A DNA stretch of 64,000 bases from Vairimorpha necatrix. Taxonomy: Eukaryota. Each line of letters begins with the position of its first letter. The first letter of the stretch is position 1. Positions 12,137 through 22,674 of this stretch are shown piece after piece. Below the pieces are notes generated by a model. The model had not been told where the DNA came from, made no database searches, and worked only from the letters and a program-made list of their open reading frames with translations. Location of the stretch: positions 1,116,001 to 1,180,000 of the forward strand of contig CP142726.1 of assembly GCA_036630325.1 (NCBI GenBank), written 5' to 3'. Made by a program: the position numbers and the translations under genes.

Positions 12137-13870
12137 CTATAGTTTTCTCTTTATAAATCCCTTAACTTCTTCAATATCAAAATCTTCTTGTTTTAAATAT
12201 TCCTCTAATTTATCCCGTCCTTCTTTTATATTTCTTTTTTCTAATATTTTCCGTATTTCTATTTTTACTTCTGCTATCTTCTGCGATCTTTCGTCTTTCT
12301 CTTCATTCTCTTTGGCTTCTTTGACCATTTGTTTTATTTCTTCTTCATTTAGACCACTGGATGGTACTATTTCTATTTCTTGTTTATTTTTACTAATACC
12401 GTCTTGTGCAGAAACTTTGTAAATTCCATTGGCATCGGCCTCGAAAGTGACTTCTATCTTTGGTATACCAGCAGGAGCACTGGGAATGTTCTTGAGTTTA
12501 ATAGCTCCTAAATATTTATTATCTTTTACCATCTTCCTTTCTCCCTGATAAATCCTTATGTCTACCTCTGACTGATTATCTTCCGAGGTAGAGAAACTGT
12601 GTGTCTCTTTGAAAGGCACAGTGGAATTTCTATGAATTATCTTGTTAAATACGCCACCTAAGAGTTCTATGCCTAGACTCAGTGGTACCACGTCTAATAA
12701 TAAAATATCTTTGACTTTCCCTTCTAAAACACCCGCCTGTAGCGCAGCGCCTTGGGCCACTGCTTCGTCAGGGTTAATATTTGTGGATGGTGTGATCCCG
12801 AATATTTTCTTGACTAACTTCCTGACGTATGGCATTCTTGTCATTCCTCCTACTAAAATACAGTGCTTTATGTCATTCTTCGTAATATTGGCATCTCGCA
12901 TGGCTTTAATACACGGGTCTATAGTTTTATTGATAATTTCTCTACTTATCTTTTCAAATTCATCTCTTGTTATTGTTTCCTTTAAGTGATAATTAGATTT
13001 CTTATCGTTGTAAATATATGGAATATTTATCTCAGATTGTAATTTGGTCGACAACTCTCTTTTAATTTTCTCTGCTTGTTCTTTAATTCTTGTGTAAGCA
13101 TTTTCATTCTTTAATAAATCTATTCCTGTTTTACTTTTAAATTTCTCATTTATGTAATCTACCAATTTATTATCCAAATCTTCTCCGCCTAGAAATGTAT
13201 TCCCATTTGTCGACTTCACGTGGAATATTCCATTATCTAATTCCAAAATACTAATATCAAATGTCCCGCCTCCTAAATCGTAGACTGCTATTATACCCTT
13301 AGCCGATTTATCAAGACCATATGCTAAAGCAGCCGCCGTTGGCTCATTTACAACTCTAAGCACTTCTAGTCCCGCAATTCTGCCCGCATCTTTTGTGGCT
13401 TGTCTTTGCATATCGTCAAAATATGCGGGCACAGTCACAACAGACTTGACGACTTTAGAGTTTAAAAAAGTTTCTGCTGCATTTTTCATTTTTGATAAAA
13501 TAAAAGCTCCAATCTGGGCAGGAGAATATTTCTTCTCATCTATTTTTATCCACACATCGCCATTACAATGTCTAGTAGTGTCATATGGCAAATTTTTCAA
13601 ATATTCTTTCAATTCTAAATCATCAAATTTCCTACCTATTAATCTTTTTGATGCAAAAATTGTATTTTTAGGAAATAAAGTCAAATTCTGCTTGGCTTGG
13701 TCGCCAACAAGAATTTTATCTTTAGAAAATGATACTACCGATGGCGTAGTTCTAGTCCCTTCTTCGTTTTCTATTATGTGTGGAACATTATTGTGCATTA
13801 GTGATACACAAGAATTTGTAGTCCCCAAATCTATTCCTATGATTCTTGAACTTATTTCTTTCCCTGTCAT
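12137..13870 (-). CDS. SSC1: Mitochondrial-type (mitosomal) Hsp70
   Basis: IIGIDLGTTNSCV, TVPAYF, DLGGGTFD, plus mitochondrial/proteobacterial signatures NGDVW and YSPAQIG. No C-terminal EEVD or KDEL. Confidence 0.92.
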   Translation of the reverse strand: MTGKEISSRIIGIDLGTTNSCVSLMHNNVPHIIENEEGTRTTPSVVSFSKDKILVGDQAKQNLTLFPKNTIFASKRLIGRKFDDLELKEYLKNLPYDTTRHCNGDVWIKIDEKKYSPAQIGAFILSKMKNAAETFLNSKVVKSVVTVPAYFDDMQRQATKDAGRIAGLEVLRVVNEPTAAALAYGLDKSAKGIIAVYDLGGGTFDISILELDNGIFHVKSTNGNTFLGGEDLDNKLVDYINEKFKSKTGIDLLKNENAYTRIKEQAEKIKRELSTKLQSEINIPYIYNDKKSNYHLKETITRDEFEKISREIINKTIDPCIKAMRDANITKNDIKHCILVGGMTRMPYVRKLVKKIFGITPSTNINPDEAVAQGAALQAGVLEGKVKDILLLDVVPLSLGIELLGGVFNKIIHRNSTVPFKETHSFSTSEDNQSEVDIRIYQGERKMVKDNKYLGAIKLKNIPSAPAGIPKIEVTFEADANGIYKVSAQDGISKNKQEIEIVPSSGLNEEEIKQMVKEAKENEEKDERSQKIAEVKIEIRKILEKRNIKEGRDKLEEYLKQEDFDIEEVKGFIKRKL

Positions 13871-14510
13871 TTGACGGTTATTTTTTTTTCATAAATTATG
13901 CAAATTTTCTTTTTTTTATATTTTTTTGATCTAAAACCAACAAACTCTACAAATAAAATCAATGAAGAAATTTTTATAATGGGAAAATTTGGAGTTTCTT
14001 TTAGATCTAAACGTTTTAAAGTCTACTAAATTAAATAATTTGACGTATAACTGATTTTTAGACACTCAAGCTTCAGTATAAAAATTGATTAATTAGTAAC
14101 TACTAAATTTGTATTGTGAATAATACAAATTCTAACATATTAATCCAAATAAAAAGTATATGGAATTTTTTTTAATTGTATACTTTATATTCTTATGGAA
14201 GAAGAGTACTAAAAATTCATTTACAGGTTAAAGTAAAAAAAATAGTGTAGAACAAAATAATTTGATAGGACAAACATGATATGAACAAATTTGTGCAAAT
14301 TAAAGATTACGCACTGAAATGAGTTCCAAAAGTTTTTACAGAATCCTGTAATAAACCGTATCCTAGCTTTGTTATGTATTTTATTGTTAAAAATAAAGAA
14401 TTGAGAAATATCCCGAAGACAGAAAAAAAATTTTTATTGTTACTAAGATGCGTGATAAATTTTTTCATCTGCGAATTGTCAACAGCAGTGAATATTTGAT
14501 TTACGGTCCT

Positions 14511-15038
14511 TGTGATGCGTCTATTTATAAGGGTAGAGAATTAAAAACGCACTTTAAGGCGGTATAAAATCTACCTATAATGTACATAAAATGTTACATG
14601 GATTATAATCCTTAGCTGGTGCACTCAAGTAGGAAGGATGCTTGATCCAACTAAGAGACTAGACGAAGTAGAGCGATGAAAGCTTTTTCGGCCCCTTTTC
14701 AAAAGCTTTCTGTGACACGGTGGCCGAAACTGGTGGGACTAGTTGTTAACTCAGTCCAATAAAATTCTGAGCTGGTGATGCGGCACTGTAAGGGCCATGT
14801 GTGCGATACAGATGATTGTAAAGACCTTTGAGTTAGTACGATGATATCTCTCTTCGGATTAATAAACCCTCGCCGTTAAGTATTTCTGCTGTGAGGTCAC
14901 TCTGAACGCGAAACGAAGTTTAAATGAAAAAATATTCTCTTGCACAAAATAAATGGATACGTGGAACCTCAATATTCGCAAGTTCTATGGATGTTTTTAG
15001 CATGAAAGAATCTTATAGTACCCGTTAAAAAGCTCGCA
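14511..15038 (+). mobile_element. Dispersed ~530-bp TG..CA repeat, copy 1 (solo-LTR-like)
   Basis: Starts TGTGATGCGTC, ends CTCGCA. Shares collinear blocks GACTAGAYGAAGT, TACAGWTGATTGT and TAGTACRATGATRTC with 47238-47775 and 58301-58834, and CGGTGGCCGAAAC with 47238-47775. Confidence 0.65.
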
Positions 15039-15548
15039 GTTTCGTGTTTTTTCGAATCACTTGTAAGGGTTCTTTCTTCTTTTAAGTATAAAAAATTCCA
15101 TATGAAATAAGAATGGGAAATCAACCTTTTTAGATTATGTTCTGGACCAACCAAGATTGTTTTACACGATGTACCGAAAGGTGGCCCCAAATCAGGCCCA
15201 TATGAACAATAGTAATCTTTTATAAGAGAAAAATCGCAGTTTTACAAAATATCTCTAATTGAGAGACACTCGCTATATTATTTTAAAAGAGTTTATCTCT
15301 TCAATTTAGAAACAGCTTTAGCAAAATAAAGCATTGGAAAATAATTTGCCGGCGAGAAAACAAAGCATAAGGGTAATAGATTGGATCTATTAGATAGTTG
15401 CGCCAGATCGTAATAAGCGCATAATTCGATGTATCTTTAAATTATCTCCTATCAATTAGTTGCTCATCAATACACATTAAATCTTGTTTTTTTGTTTTTT
15501 GTTTATGCGGAGTTTGTTTATTTATAAATATTTTATTTGTTGTTTTTT

Positions 15549-15977
15549 ATGTTTTCGGAGGGAGATTCTACATATTTCTTATTGGCTCTTGTAAATCCCA
15601 TTATTTTAATGTACATGGAATTATTCTTGTGTAGCTTATTACTTTTCTCAGAATGCTGTAAAATATTCTTATTATTGAAATTTGAGAATAATAACATGCC
15701 GCATCTTATTTACAAATCTAAAATAGACATTTGGAGGAAAGTAGAAATAGGAGCAATTGTTTGCATTTTATTCTTACAAATGCTAGACATGAACATTTTT
15801 ACACCATTTTTCGCACTAATATTGGGTCATGAGTTTTATTATAGACGGGTGCGCGAAATTGAAGATACTTTGATTAGAGAAATACAGCTTAAAAAAATGG
15901 AATTTTTTGTGAAATTTATATTTTACTTAATGACTGTGTATTTCTTTACTGTAAAAATTTTATTAAAAAAATATTAG
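15549..15977 (+). CDS. Hypothetical multi-pass membrane protein
   Basis: ORF of ~142 aa from the first ATG with 4-5 hydrophobic segments; no family recognised. Confidence 0.55.
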   Translation: MFSEGDSTYFLLALVNPIILMYMELFLCSLLLFSECCKIFLLLKFENNNMPHLIYKSKIDIWRKVEIGAIVCILFLQMLDMNIFTPFFALILGHEFYYRRVREIEDTLIREIQLKKMEFFVKFIFYLMTVYFFTVKILLKKY

Positions 15978-16177
15978 ACTTAAAAAAATGGTATATTTTT
16001 ATATAAGTATTAAAATATATTGAATTGGTCTTTTAAGGGTATTTATATTTATTTTTTGTACACAGAAATTTATCGCATTTTTTAAAAGATAAAACAAATT
16101 AATTTTTCAGATGTTAAAAAACTCTGTAGTTTATTAAATTTATAAATATTTTATTTTTAGACACGTGGTTAAATAAA

Positions 16178-16579
16178 TTAATTTGATGAATTATTTCCTA
16201 AATTTAGGAAAAATTCACTTCTTTTTCTTTTGTTATTCTCATAATATTCTTGCTTTTTCTTCGGAATTGCCCTTTTAGGTCTTTTTTTATGATTATTTGT
16301 TAAAGGAAGTGTTTGATTTTGTTGAGTCGCAGGAATAAAAGTTTTAATTTTTTCACTGTAAAGAATTCTATCTTGATTAAAATATTGAGAATTCTTTACA
16401 CTTAAATCTAATGGAATAGGTTTTTTAAGAACTGGTTTCTTCTCTTGTTCTTTAATTACTTTATTAGATAAATCTTTAATTTCATTTCTTATTAAATTGA
16501 GTTCATCCTTAAAAATCTTAATTTCCCTTATAATTTTATTATATGATAAAATTAATCCATTTAAAAATTCATTATCCAT
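16178..16579 (-). CDS. Hypothetical protein, 133 aa, N-terminal coiled coil and basic NLS-like C-terminus
   Basis: Heptad pattern IKIFKDELNLIRNEIKDL; KKRPKR and KRKR clusters. Confidence 0.65.
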   Translation of the reverse strand: MDNEFLNGLILSYNKIIREIKIFKDELNLIRNEIKDLSNKVIKEQEKKPVLKKPIPLDLSVKNSQYFNQDRILYSEKIKTFIPATQQNQTLPLTNNHKKRPKRAIPKKKQEYYENNKRKRSEFFLNLGNNSSN

Positions 16580-16725
16580 AATTTATGCAAAATTTCTTTT
16601 TTTAAATTTGTTTACACAAACAAACAAACTCTAAAATAGACTTATTTCTAAATCTCATTTTTTGATTTCTTTTACTTTTGCCCCATTTTATAAATTATTT
16701 AAATATTTTACAACTAACAAAAAAA

Positions 16726-17157
16726 ATGAGTTATGAAAACAGGGATGAAGAAAATTCTTTACCAAAATCTACTGTAGAGAGATTTGTCAGTAGTTGTTTG
16801 CCTAAACAAGTAACAGTAAGCAAAGATGCAAAAGAAATGTTTCTTAATTGTTCTTTAGAATTTATTAAATTGATTTCAGTTCAATCAGCTGCAATTTGCG
16901 AGAAAGATAAAAAGAAGACCATTGCTTTTGAATATTTCTTTAAAGCTTTAGAAGATAAGGGATTTGGGGAATTTGTAGGGACTTGTAAGGAATATCAAGA
17001 AATGTATGAGAAATATATGAAAGCTAAGCCTAGTAAAATTAATAAATTTAAATCTTCAGGATTGTCCTTAGAAGAATTGCATAATCAACAATTAGAACTT
17101 TTTAAGAATGCAAAACAAGAATTTGACAAGACGATGAATGGCAGCGAAGAGACATAA
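16726..17157 (+). CDS. NCB2: Negative cofactor 2 beta subunit (Dr1/NC2beta, histone fold)
   Basis: SLPKSTV...VSKDAKEMFLNCSLEFIKLIS...ICEKDKKKTI...ALEDKGF and C-terminal SGLSLEELHNQQLELF. Confidence 0.9.
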   Translation: MSYENRDEENSLPKSTVERFVSSCLPKQVTVSKDAKEMFLNCSLEFIKLISVQSAAICEKDKKKTIAFEYFFKALEDKGFGEFVGTCKEYQEMYEKYMKAKPSKINKFKSSGLSLEELHNQQLELFKNAKQEFDKTMNGSEET

Positions 17158-17182
17158 AAAACAAAATAAACACCACTTAAAT

Positions 17183-17276
17183 ATATTTAAACATATTCTT
17201 GATATTTAAACATATTTTTGATATCTAAACATATTCTTGATATTTAAACATATTCTTGATATTTAAACATATTTTT
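17183..17276. repeat. Minisatellite, five 19-bp units (ATATTTAAACATATTCTTG)
   Basis: Directly visible head-to-tail units between the convergent NCB2 and RPS20 3' ends. Confidence 0.9.
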
Positions 17277-17393
17277 AAAATAAATGCTGCGCTAATTAAA
17301 TAACATTTGCTTAAAAGCATAAACTAAATAAAAAATGCATAAAAATAAAAATTCATAAAATAAATGGCATAAAAATATTTAAATTATAATAAT

Positions 17394-17753
17394 TTAATTG
17401 TAAATCCCCAAATTGATATTTATCTCAGGGAAATTCTTTAAAAATTGTATCACTTTCTCTAATTGATCATGAGATGATGTAATGACATATCTGACTTGGT
17501 GAACTATAATTTTATACTTGGCCCATGTTTTTGTACCTTGTCCACAAGGCGTCTTTAATGTTGGCACTAGCCCTACTTGTTTTGGTAAAACTTCCTTTTC
17601 TAAACTCTCAATAAAATTCTCAGCAAAGGCTTCGAATTTTTCACATGCCAATGTTATGGCAGATTTATTGGTAGTTGAAATGTCAATGTGGACTTTCATC
17701 ATCTCAGTGTGCTGGATTGGTTCTAATTCGTCCTTTTTTATTTCAACTTGCAT
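17394..17753 (-). CDS. RPS20: 40S ribosomal protein S20 (uS10)
   Basis: LPK....[22 protein letters not shown] corresponds to the S20 motif TRKTPCGEGSKTW; CCCC before the ATG. Confidence 0.88.
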
Positions 17754-17822
17754 TCTTTTGGGGTAAAAAAAACGAAGAAAAAAATGTAAAGGCGATTTTA
17801 AAATAGAACTGTAAATTTTGAA

Positions 17823-18764
17823 TTATTGTTTATTTGATTGTCTTTTTTCATATTCTTGATAATTTAAAATAATTCTCTTTATTATATTCCCTGTAGATAA
17901 ATCTGAAAAGGGATTAACATTATAATCTTGTATGACATTTTCTTTTAAATTTTCAAATCTCGTTTTATCTTCTAAATCGTACGAACTCAAAATTTTAGAA
18001 ATTTGATGTTTTTTTAAAAAATCTTCGTCAAAATTGTACGGAGAGAAAATAACTTCATCGATATTTTTATTAGAACATAAAACTAGAAATCTTTCATTTT
18101 CATTCATTATTGGTAATTTCCCCGTGTATCTTTCTACTTGTTCATCATTTAATAATCCAACTATGAGATAATCTCCATTTTTCTTTGCATTTTCCAAGGC
18201 TTTACAATGTCCAGCATGGTAAAGATCGAATATTCCGTCAATGAAAACAACCTTCCCGACTTTCTGTTTCACAGGAAGTTTAAATTTCTCTTTTAAATTG
18301 TCATAAAATTCTTGATTCTTTTTATAATCTTTTTTTATTATCGTTCCTTTTCTTTCTTGTAACATTAATCTACCTACTATTTCAGTTGTACTAATTTTAT
18401 CAGTACGACCTACTTCTTTAAAAATTCCTATGGCTTTGGGATTCGCGTAAACATCTACGCCATTTTTGTCCAAAGCGGGATCGTCGCCGTGGACGGCGTA
18501 GTCACAATTATATTTTTTAATAAGTTCGACACTTGGAGTGTATGGGACTTTTATAACTACCTCATGTACCCATCTGCACGAACTTACAATCTCTTTTCTT
18601 TCTTCGTCTGTAAACACAGGAAGACCTTTGTTTTTTAAAATGTCATTAAAATCGTTTATTCCACAGACCACCTCATTTCCCAATTCATTTGCTTGCCTTA
18701 GTGCGTTCGCATGCCCGTAATGAAAAAGGTCAAAGCACCCGTCCATCCAAACTCGTTTAGCCAT
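17823..18764 (-). CDS. ECT1: Ethanolamine-phosphate cytidylyltransferase
   Basis: Two cytidylyltransferase domains: DGCFDLFHYGHANALRQA / HGDD / RTDKISTT and DGIFDLYHAGH. Confidence 0.92.
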   Translation of the reverse strand: MAKRVWMDGCFDLFHYGHANALRQANELGNEVVCGINDFNDILKNKGLPVFTDEERKEIVSSCRWVHEVVIKVPYTPSVELIKKYNCDYAVHGDDPALDKNGVDVYANPKAIGIFKEVGRTDKISTTEIVGRLMLQERKGTIIKKDYKKNQEFYDNLKEKFKLPVKQKVGKVVFIDGIFDLYHAGHCKALENAKKNGDYLIVGLLNDEQVERYTGKLPIMNENERFLVLCSNKNIDEVIFSPYNFDEDFLKKHQISKILSSYDLEDKTRFENLKENVIQDYNVNPFSDLSTGNIIKRIILNYQEYEKRQSNKQ

Positions 18765-19068
18765 TGGGGTAGAACTAGAAAAATGATTTATTCTGAATAC
18801 TAAAACAAAATGAAACTCGTGACATTTGAAAATTAAACTTTTACGAAATATTAAAAATAAAGTAAATTTTAATATATTTTGAAGTTTAACGTTTTAATGA
18901 CAAAAATATTTAGAGGGTCAACCAATGACTTATATTTGAATTTCGACACACGAAAATTCTAAAACTTGAAACATTCTAAATTTTATAAAAAATTTGGACT
19001 TTTTTTTAAAAAAGTTTATTGCTTTTTTAATATTTTGCAAATTTCTCAAGCGTATTTTCTACCCTAAA

Positions 19069-20169
19069 ATGGGGATCACTGGACTTCTGCCTATTCTGAA
19101 GTCAACACTTAAGAAAACACATATTAAAAAGTTTAAAAACAAGAAAATAGGAATTGACGGCTACGCTTGGCTTTATCAAATCCTTAACTCAGTCGCAGAA
19201 GAATTATATTTAAACACACCTACTGTTCGTCATATAAAAATGTTCGAAAACAAGTTAAAAAGCTTGATTCACCACGGAATTATTCCCATTGTGATTTTCG
19301 ATGGAGATTTTTTATCTCCCAAAGAAAAAACCAATATTGAAAGAAAAGAACGTAAAGAAAAATACAAAGAAGAAGTAGAAATGTGGATAAATAAAAATAA
19401 TTGGGCGAAAGCTAGAGAAATAATGAAGAGATGCGTGTCAGTTACAAGAAATATCATACATGAAATGACTACGCTTCTTAAAAATATAGAAATTGAATAT
19501 TTTATTGCGCCTTACGAAGCCGACGCGCAATTGTGTTACTTAGAAAATATTGGTTATATTGATTGTATAATGACAGAAGACAGTGATATGATCCCTTTTG
19601 GATGTAAAAACATTTTATTTAAATTTGATAATTCATATGTTGATCATTACACAATTGATTGTCTAGAAAAAGCGAAAGATAAAATATTTAAAGAATTTAT
19701 TCAAGATATTTGCATTTTAAGCGGGTGCGATTACGCGGACTCAATTCCAGGAATTGGCGTATTAACTGCACATAAATTTGTAAGTAAAGGAAAAGAAATC
19801 GAAAATGTAGTAAAATTAATAGGAATCAAGAAAACAATACCAGAAAATTATATAGAAAATTTCAAGAAAGCGAAAATAACTTTTAATCATCAAATTGTCT
19901 ATGATCCAATTACAAATAAAAGAAGGCATCTTAAACCCATTGAAATACACCAGGAATTCCTTGGTACCCTTGAAAATGTAGAATATTCTTACGAAATTAA
20001 AGAAATTGAGGGCTCATTGATTAAGACAAATGAACCAAGAATTATCACTGTAGAAAGACATTTCAAACCAGTAAAAGATAAAGAAATTACATTAAAAGAT
20101 ATTTCTGTAAGAAAAAAAGAGAAGAAAATAGACGAAAATTTATATTCGCCGTATTTTAAAAACGAATAA
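19069..20169 (+). CDS. EXO1: Exonuclease 1 (XPG/FEN1 family)
   Basis: Start at CCCTAAA-ATG: MGITGLLP, IDGYAWL, APYEADAQL, TEDSD, CILSGCDY..SIPGIG. Confidence 0.93.
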   Translation: MGITGLLPILKSTLKKTHIKKFKNKKIGIDGYAWLYQILNSVAEELYLNTPTVRHIKMFENKLKSLIHHGIIPIVIFDGDFLSPKEKTNIERKERKEKYKEEVEMWINKNNWAKAREIMKRCVSVTRNIIHEMTTLLKNIEIEYFIAPYEADAQLCYLENIGYIDCIMTEDSDMIPFGCKNILFKFDNSYVDHYTIDCLEKAKDKIFKEFIQDICILSGCDYADSIPGIGVLTAHKFVSKGKEIENVVKLIGIKKTIPENYIENFKKAKITFNHQIVYDPITNKRRHLKPIEIHQEFLGTLENVEYSYEIKEIEGSLIKTNEPRIITVERHFKPVKDKEITLKDISVRKKEKKIDENLYSPYFKNE

Positions 20170-20193
20170 ATTATTTATAGTTTTTTTTTTTTT

Positions 20194-20448
20194 TTAATTT
20201 TTTGGATATTCAAGGCTGAAAATTCTATCTTTGTCATTTACCAAATATTTCTTTTTTTCTATTCTGTTATTTACATAAAACTCACTAGTTTTAGTTAATG
20301 GCATTCCTTGTGCAGTTTCCAAGTATAATGTCTCATATTTAAATAAATCTGATAAAAGCTTTTCTTTTCTTTCTAGTAAATTTGATTTTTTAGCTACTTT
20401 AAATTTCAATTCTTCAAGTTTTTGATTAATTTTTTCTTTTTTTGACAT
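20194..20448 (-). CDS. EAF6: NuA4 histone acetyltransferase subunit Eaf6-like
   Basis: Coiled coil followed by LFKYETLYLE and KDRIFSL, matching Eaf6 motifs I...E..YLE and DRIFS. Confidence 0.75.
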   Translation of the reverse strand: MSKKEKINQKLEELKFKVAKKSNLLERKEKLLSDLFKYETLYLETAQGMPLTKTSEFYVNNRIEKKKYLVNDKDRIFSLEYPKN

Positions 20449-20847
20449 GAGGGAAAGAAAAAATAAACTGAAAAATTGACATGTTTGACAAAATAAATTT
20501 TTTATTTTTTAACCCCCAAAAATAAAATTAAATAAATGATAGTCAGTTTACCGTTAAAATTATTTCCTTAAATTTATTCAACAAAAAATTTAAAATTAAA
20601 AGTTAATGTGTAGTAGAATAAGCTTAAATATTAATTATGTAAAAAAAGTTAACATAAAAACATCACAAAATTTTTGTAATGGAAATTAGTAAATGAAAAC
20701 ATTTTAAGTACCTCTAATCTAAATTTTCATAATAAAAATATGCATAAAATTTAAGAAAGTAGTTTGTTTGTCAAAAACAAACAAACTGCAAAAAGCATAA
20801 ATAGAAAAATTTCAGCATAAAAATTATATTTTCACAGCCCATTAACA

Positions 20848-22497
20848 ATGGATGAAATCAACAAAATATATGCAGAAATACAAGATTTGGGCACGTTATT
20901 AACTGATTATAACGTAGCCAAAACTAATCTTAAGAATTGTGATGAAAGCATTAAAGCTCTAGAAAACAAATTGAATTCTCCTACTAAAATTAATCTTGAG
21001 AATAAAATACAAGAATTAAGTAAAGAATATGCAGATGTCTTGAATGAGATAAAAAAGATAGATTTATTTACAAAAGAATGTTATAAGATTTCAGAAATTA
21101 AGACAATGTTTGAATTTATATTCGACAAGGATGTTTTTATTAAGAAATGTACAAACTTTCTTAGTTCTCTAATTTATGATCTTTACATAACAAGAGACAA
21201 TTTAGTAAAATATTTTAATCCTGAGAATTATTGTATTGTAGATTTGACTAGTGAAATATATAAAGTTATTAAGGTAAGCAACGACTTAAATGAATTATTT
21301 AATATTTTATCAAATGAAGGTAGACAAGATATTTTTGATAAATGTTATAATCTTTGTAAAATGACATTTGAAGATATTTTAGATGATGTATTACCAGATG
21401 AACTTATGATTTATTACGACATGACACATTTTTATTTGATATTTGCTTCTGATCAGACATTCGATTTACAAGAAGAACAATATTTCACATCAATAAGTTT
21501 TACAAATTTGGAATTTTTGTCTAACAAAAGAAATATTGTAAATATCTTTTACGATATTTTTAAGACCAACTTAACTCAAAGATTATTAGAAAATACTATC
21601 AATGATAATTCTATTACAATTGCGAATGAATTTTTTAAGAATACTGAATATTTCATTATTAATGTCAATGAATGGAAATTAGATTGTGTCATGAAAGAGG
21701 TTATATTGATTTCTAAATCTCAAAAATCAAATAAAATTGTTGAGACGACAGAGAAGAAAATTTACGATCTCATACAAAAAGTTGATAGTAATTTTTTACC
21801 GCAATACATTTCTCGGGAATTATTCCGATTTTTGTTATGTATGAATATTTACAATACTATTGAATCAAAAAGAGTGAATAAAGCTACAAAAATAATAGAA
21901 AGAGGTCTTTATAAATTATTGATGCACGACGAAGATTTATTTATTTCATTCGCTGATATTTATTTATGCATTAGAGTATTTCCTCATTTGCCTATTATTC
22001 CACAACTAACAAGTTTGAGAGAAAATTTATTTAGCAGAATAACAAAACAGGCTACAGAATTAACAAAGAGTTTACAAGATTCACTAATTTTATTGAAAGT
22101 TTATTTTAAAGGAAAGCATTACGACTTTTGTGAATCAGTCAAGAAATTTGTTCCTAAAAATAGTCATCTTTCGTTTGAAATAACTTTCTTTAATTTGTTA
22201 TACACAAATATAATTGAAAATATCTTGTGCATAAAATATCTCCCCAATGATAAGATAGCAGATATTTCAGAGTTATTAAGATACCTTTTAGAAATGTCTT
22301 ATAATATTCCTAAAGAAAGTATTTGCATTTATTCGAGATTTTCAACTTTATCGTGCATATTTAAAAATGATTTACCCGAGACCATCTCTGATTATAAAGC
22401 AGGAAAATTAGATATTTCTAAAAATGACTTAAAATCTTTGATAGTTTTATTGCATAAAGAATCTAAGACAAGAAACACGTTTATTAGCTCTTTGTAA
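20848..22497 (+). CDS. Helical protein, 549 aa; candidate divergent Dsl1/ZW10 tethering subunit
   Basis: Long ORF with a CCC motif. C-terminus LPETISDYKAGKL...DLKSLIVLLHKESKTRNTFISSL resembles the ZW10/Dsl1 C-terminal motif. Function is inferred. Confidence 0.6.
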   Translation: MDEINKIYAEIQDLGTLLTDYNVAKTNLKNCDESIKALENKLNSPTKINLENKIQELSKEYADVLNEIKKIDLFTKECYKISEIKTMFEFIFDKDVFIKKCTNFLSSLIYDLYITRDNLVKYFNPENYCIVDLTSEIYKVIKVSNDLNELFNILSNEGRQDIFDKCYNLCKMTFEDILDDVLPDELMIYYDMTHFYLIFASDQTFDLQEEQYFTSISFTNLEFLSNKRNIVNIFYDIFKTNLTQRLLENTINDNSITIANEFFKNTEYFIINVNEWKLDCVMKEVILISKSQKSNKIVETTEKKIYDLIQKVDSNFLPQYISRELFRFLLCMNIYNTIESKRVNKATKIIERGLYKLLMHDEDLFISFADIYLCIRVFPHLPIIPQLTSLRENLFSRITKQATELTKSLQDSLILLKVYFKGKHYDFCESVKKFVPKNSHLSFEITFFNLLYTNIIENILCIKYLPNDKIADISELLRYLLEMSYNIPKESICIYSRFSTLSCIFKNDLPETISDYKAGKLDISKNDLKSLIVLLHKESKTRNTFISSL

Positions 22498-22506
22498 ATT
22501 GCTGTA

Positions 22507-22662
22507 TTATTTTTTCAAATTTATTTCATCAATGATATCAAAAGTCTTATTTTCCATTTCTTCGATGAGTTTATGAATTATATTCTTATCTTTAAGCATG
22601 TTTTTACTGAGTGTTGTTACAAATTTATTGTAAACTTTTTCCAATTCATCAAGTGCAGACAT
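22507..22662 (-). CDS. Small 51-aa coiled-coil protein (weak HSBP1-like pattern)
   Basis: CCCC immediately before the ATG; fills the gap between two genes; amphipathic helix MSALDELEKVYNKFV...IIHKLIEEMENKTFDIIDEI. Confidence 0.55.
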   Translation of the reverse strand: MSALDELEKVYNKFVTTLSKNMLKDKNIIHKLIEEMENKTFDIIDEINLKK

Positions 22663-22674
22663 GGGGCCCCAAAA

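Noticed and set aside
12099-13874. Antisense ORFs over Hsp70 (and similar ones over IleRS, kinesin, PLD, CTP synthase)
   Set aside because: Shadow frames of real genes, with no start context or recognisable motifs.
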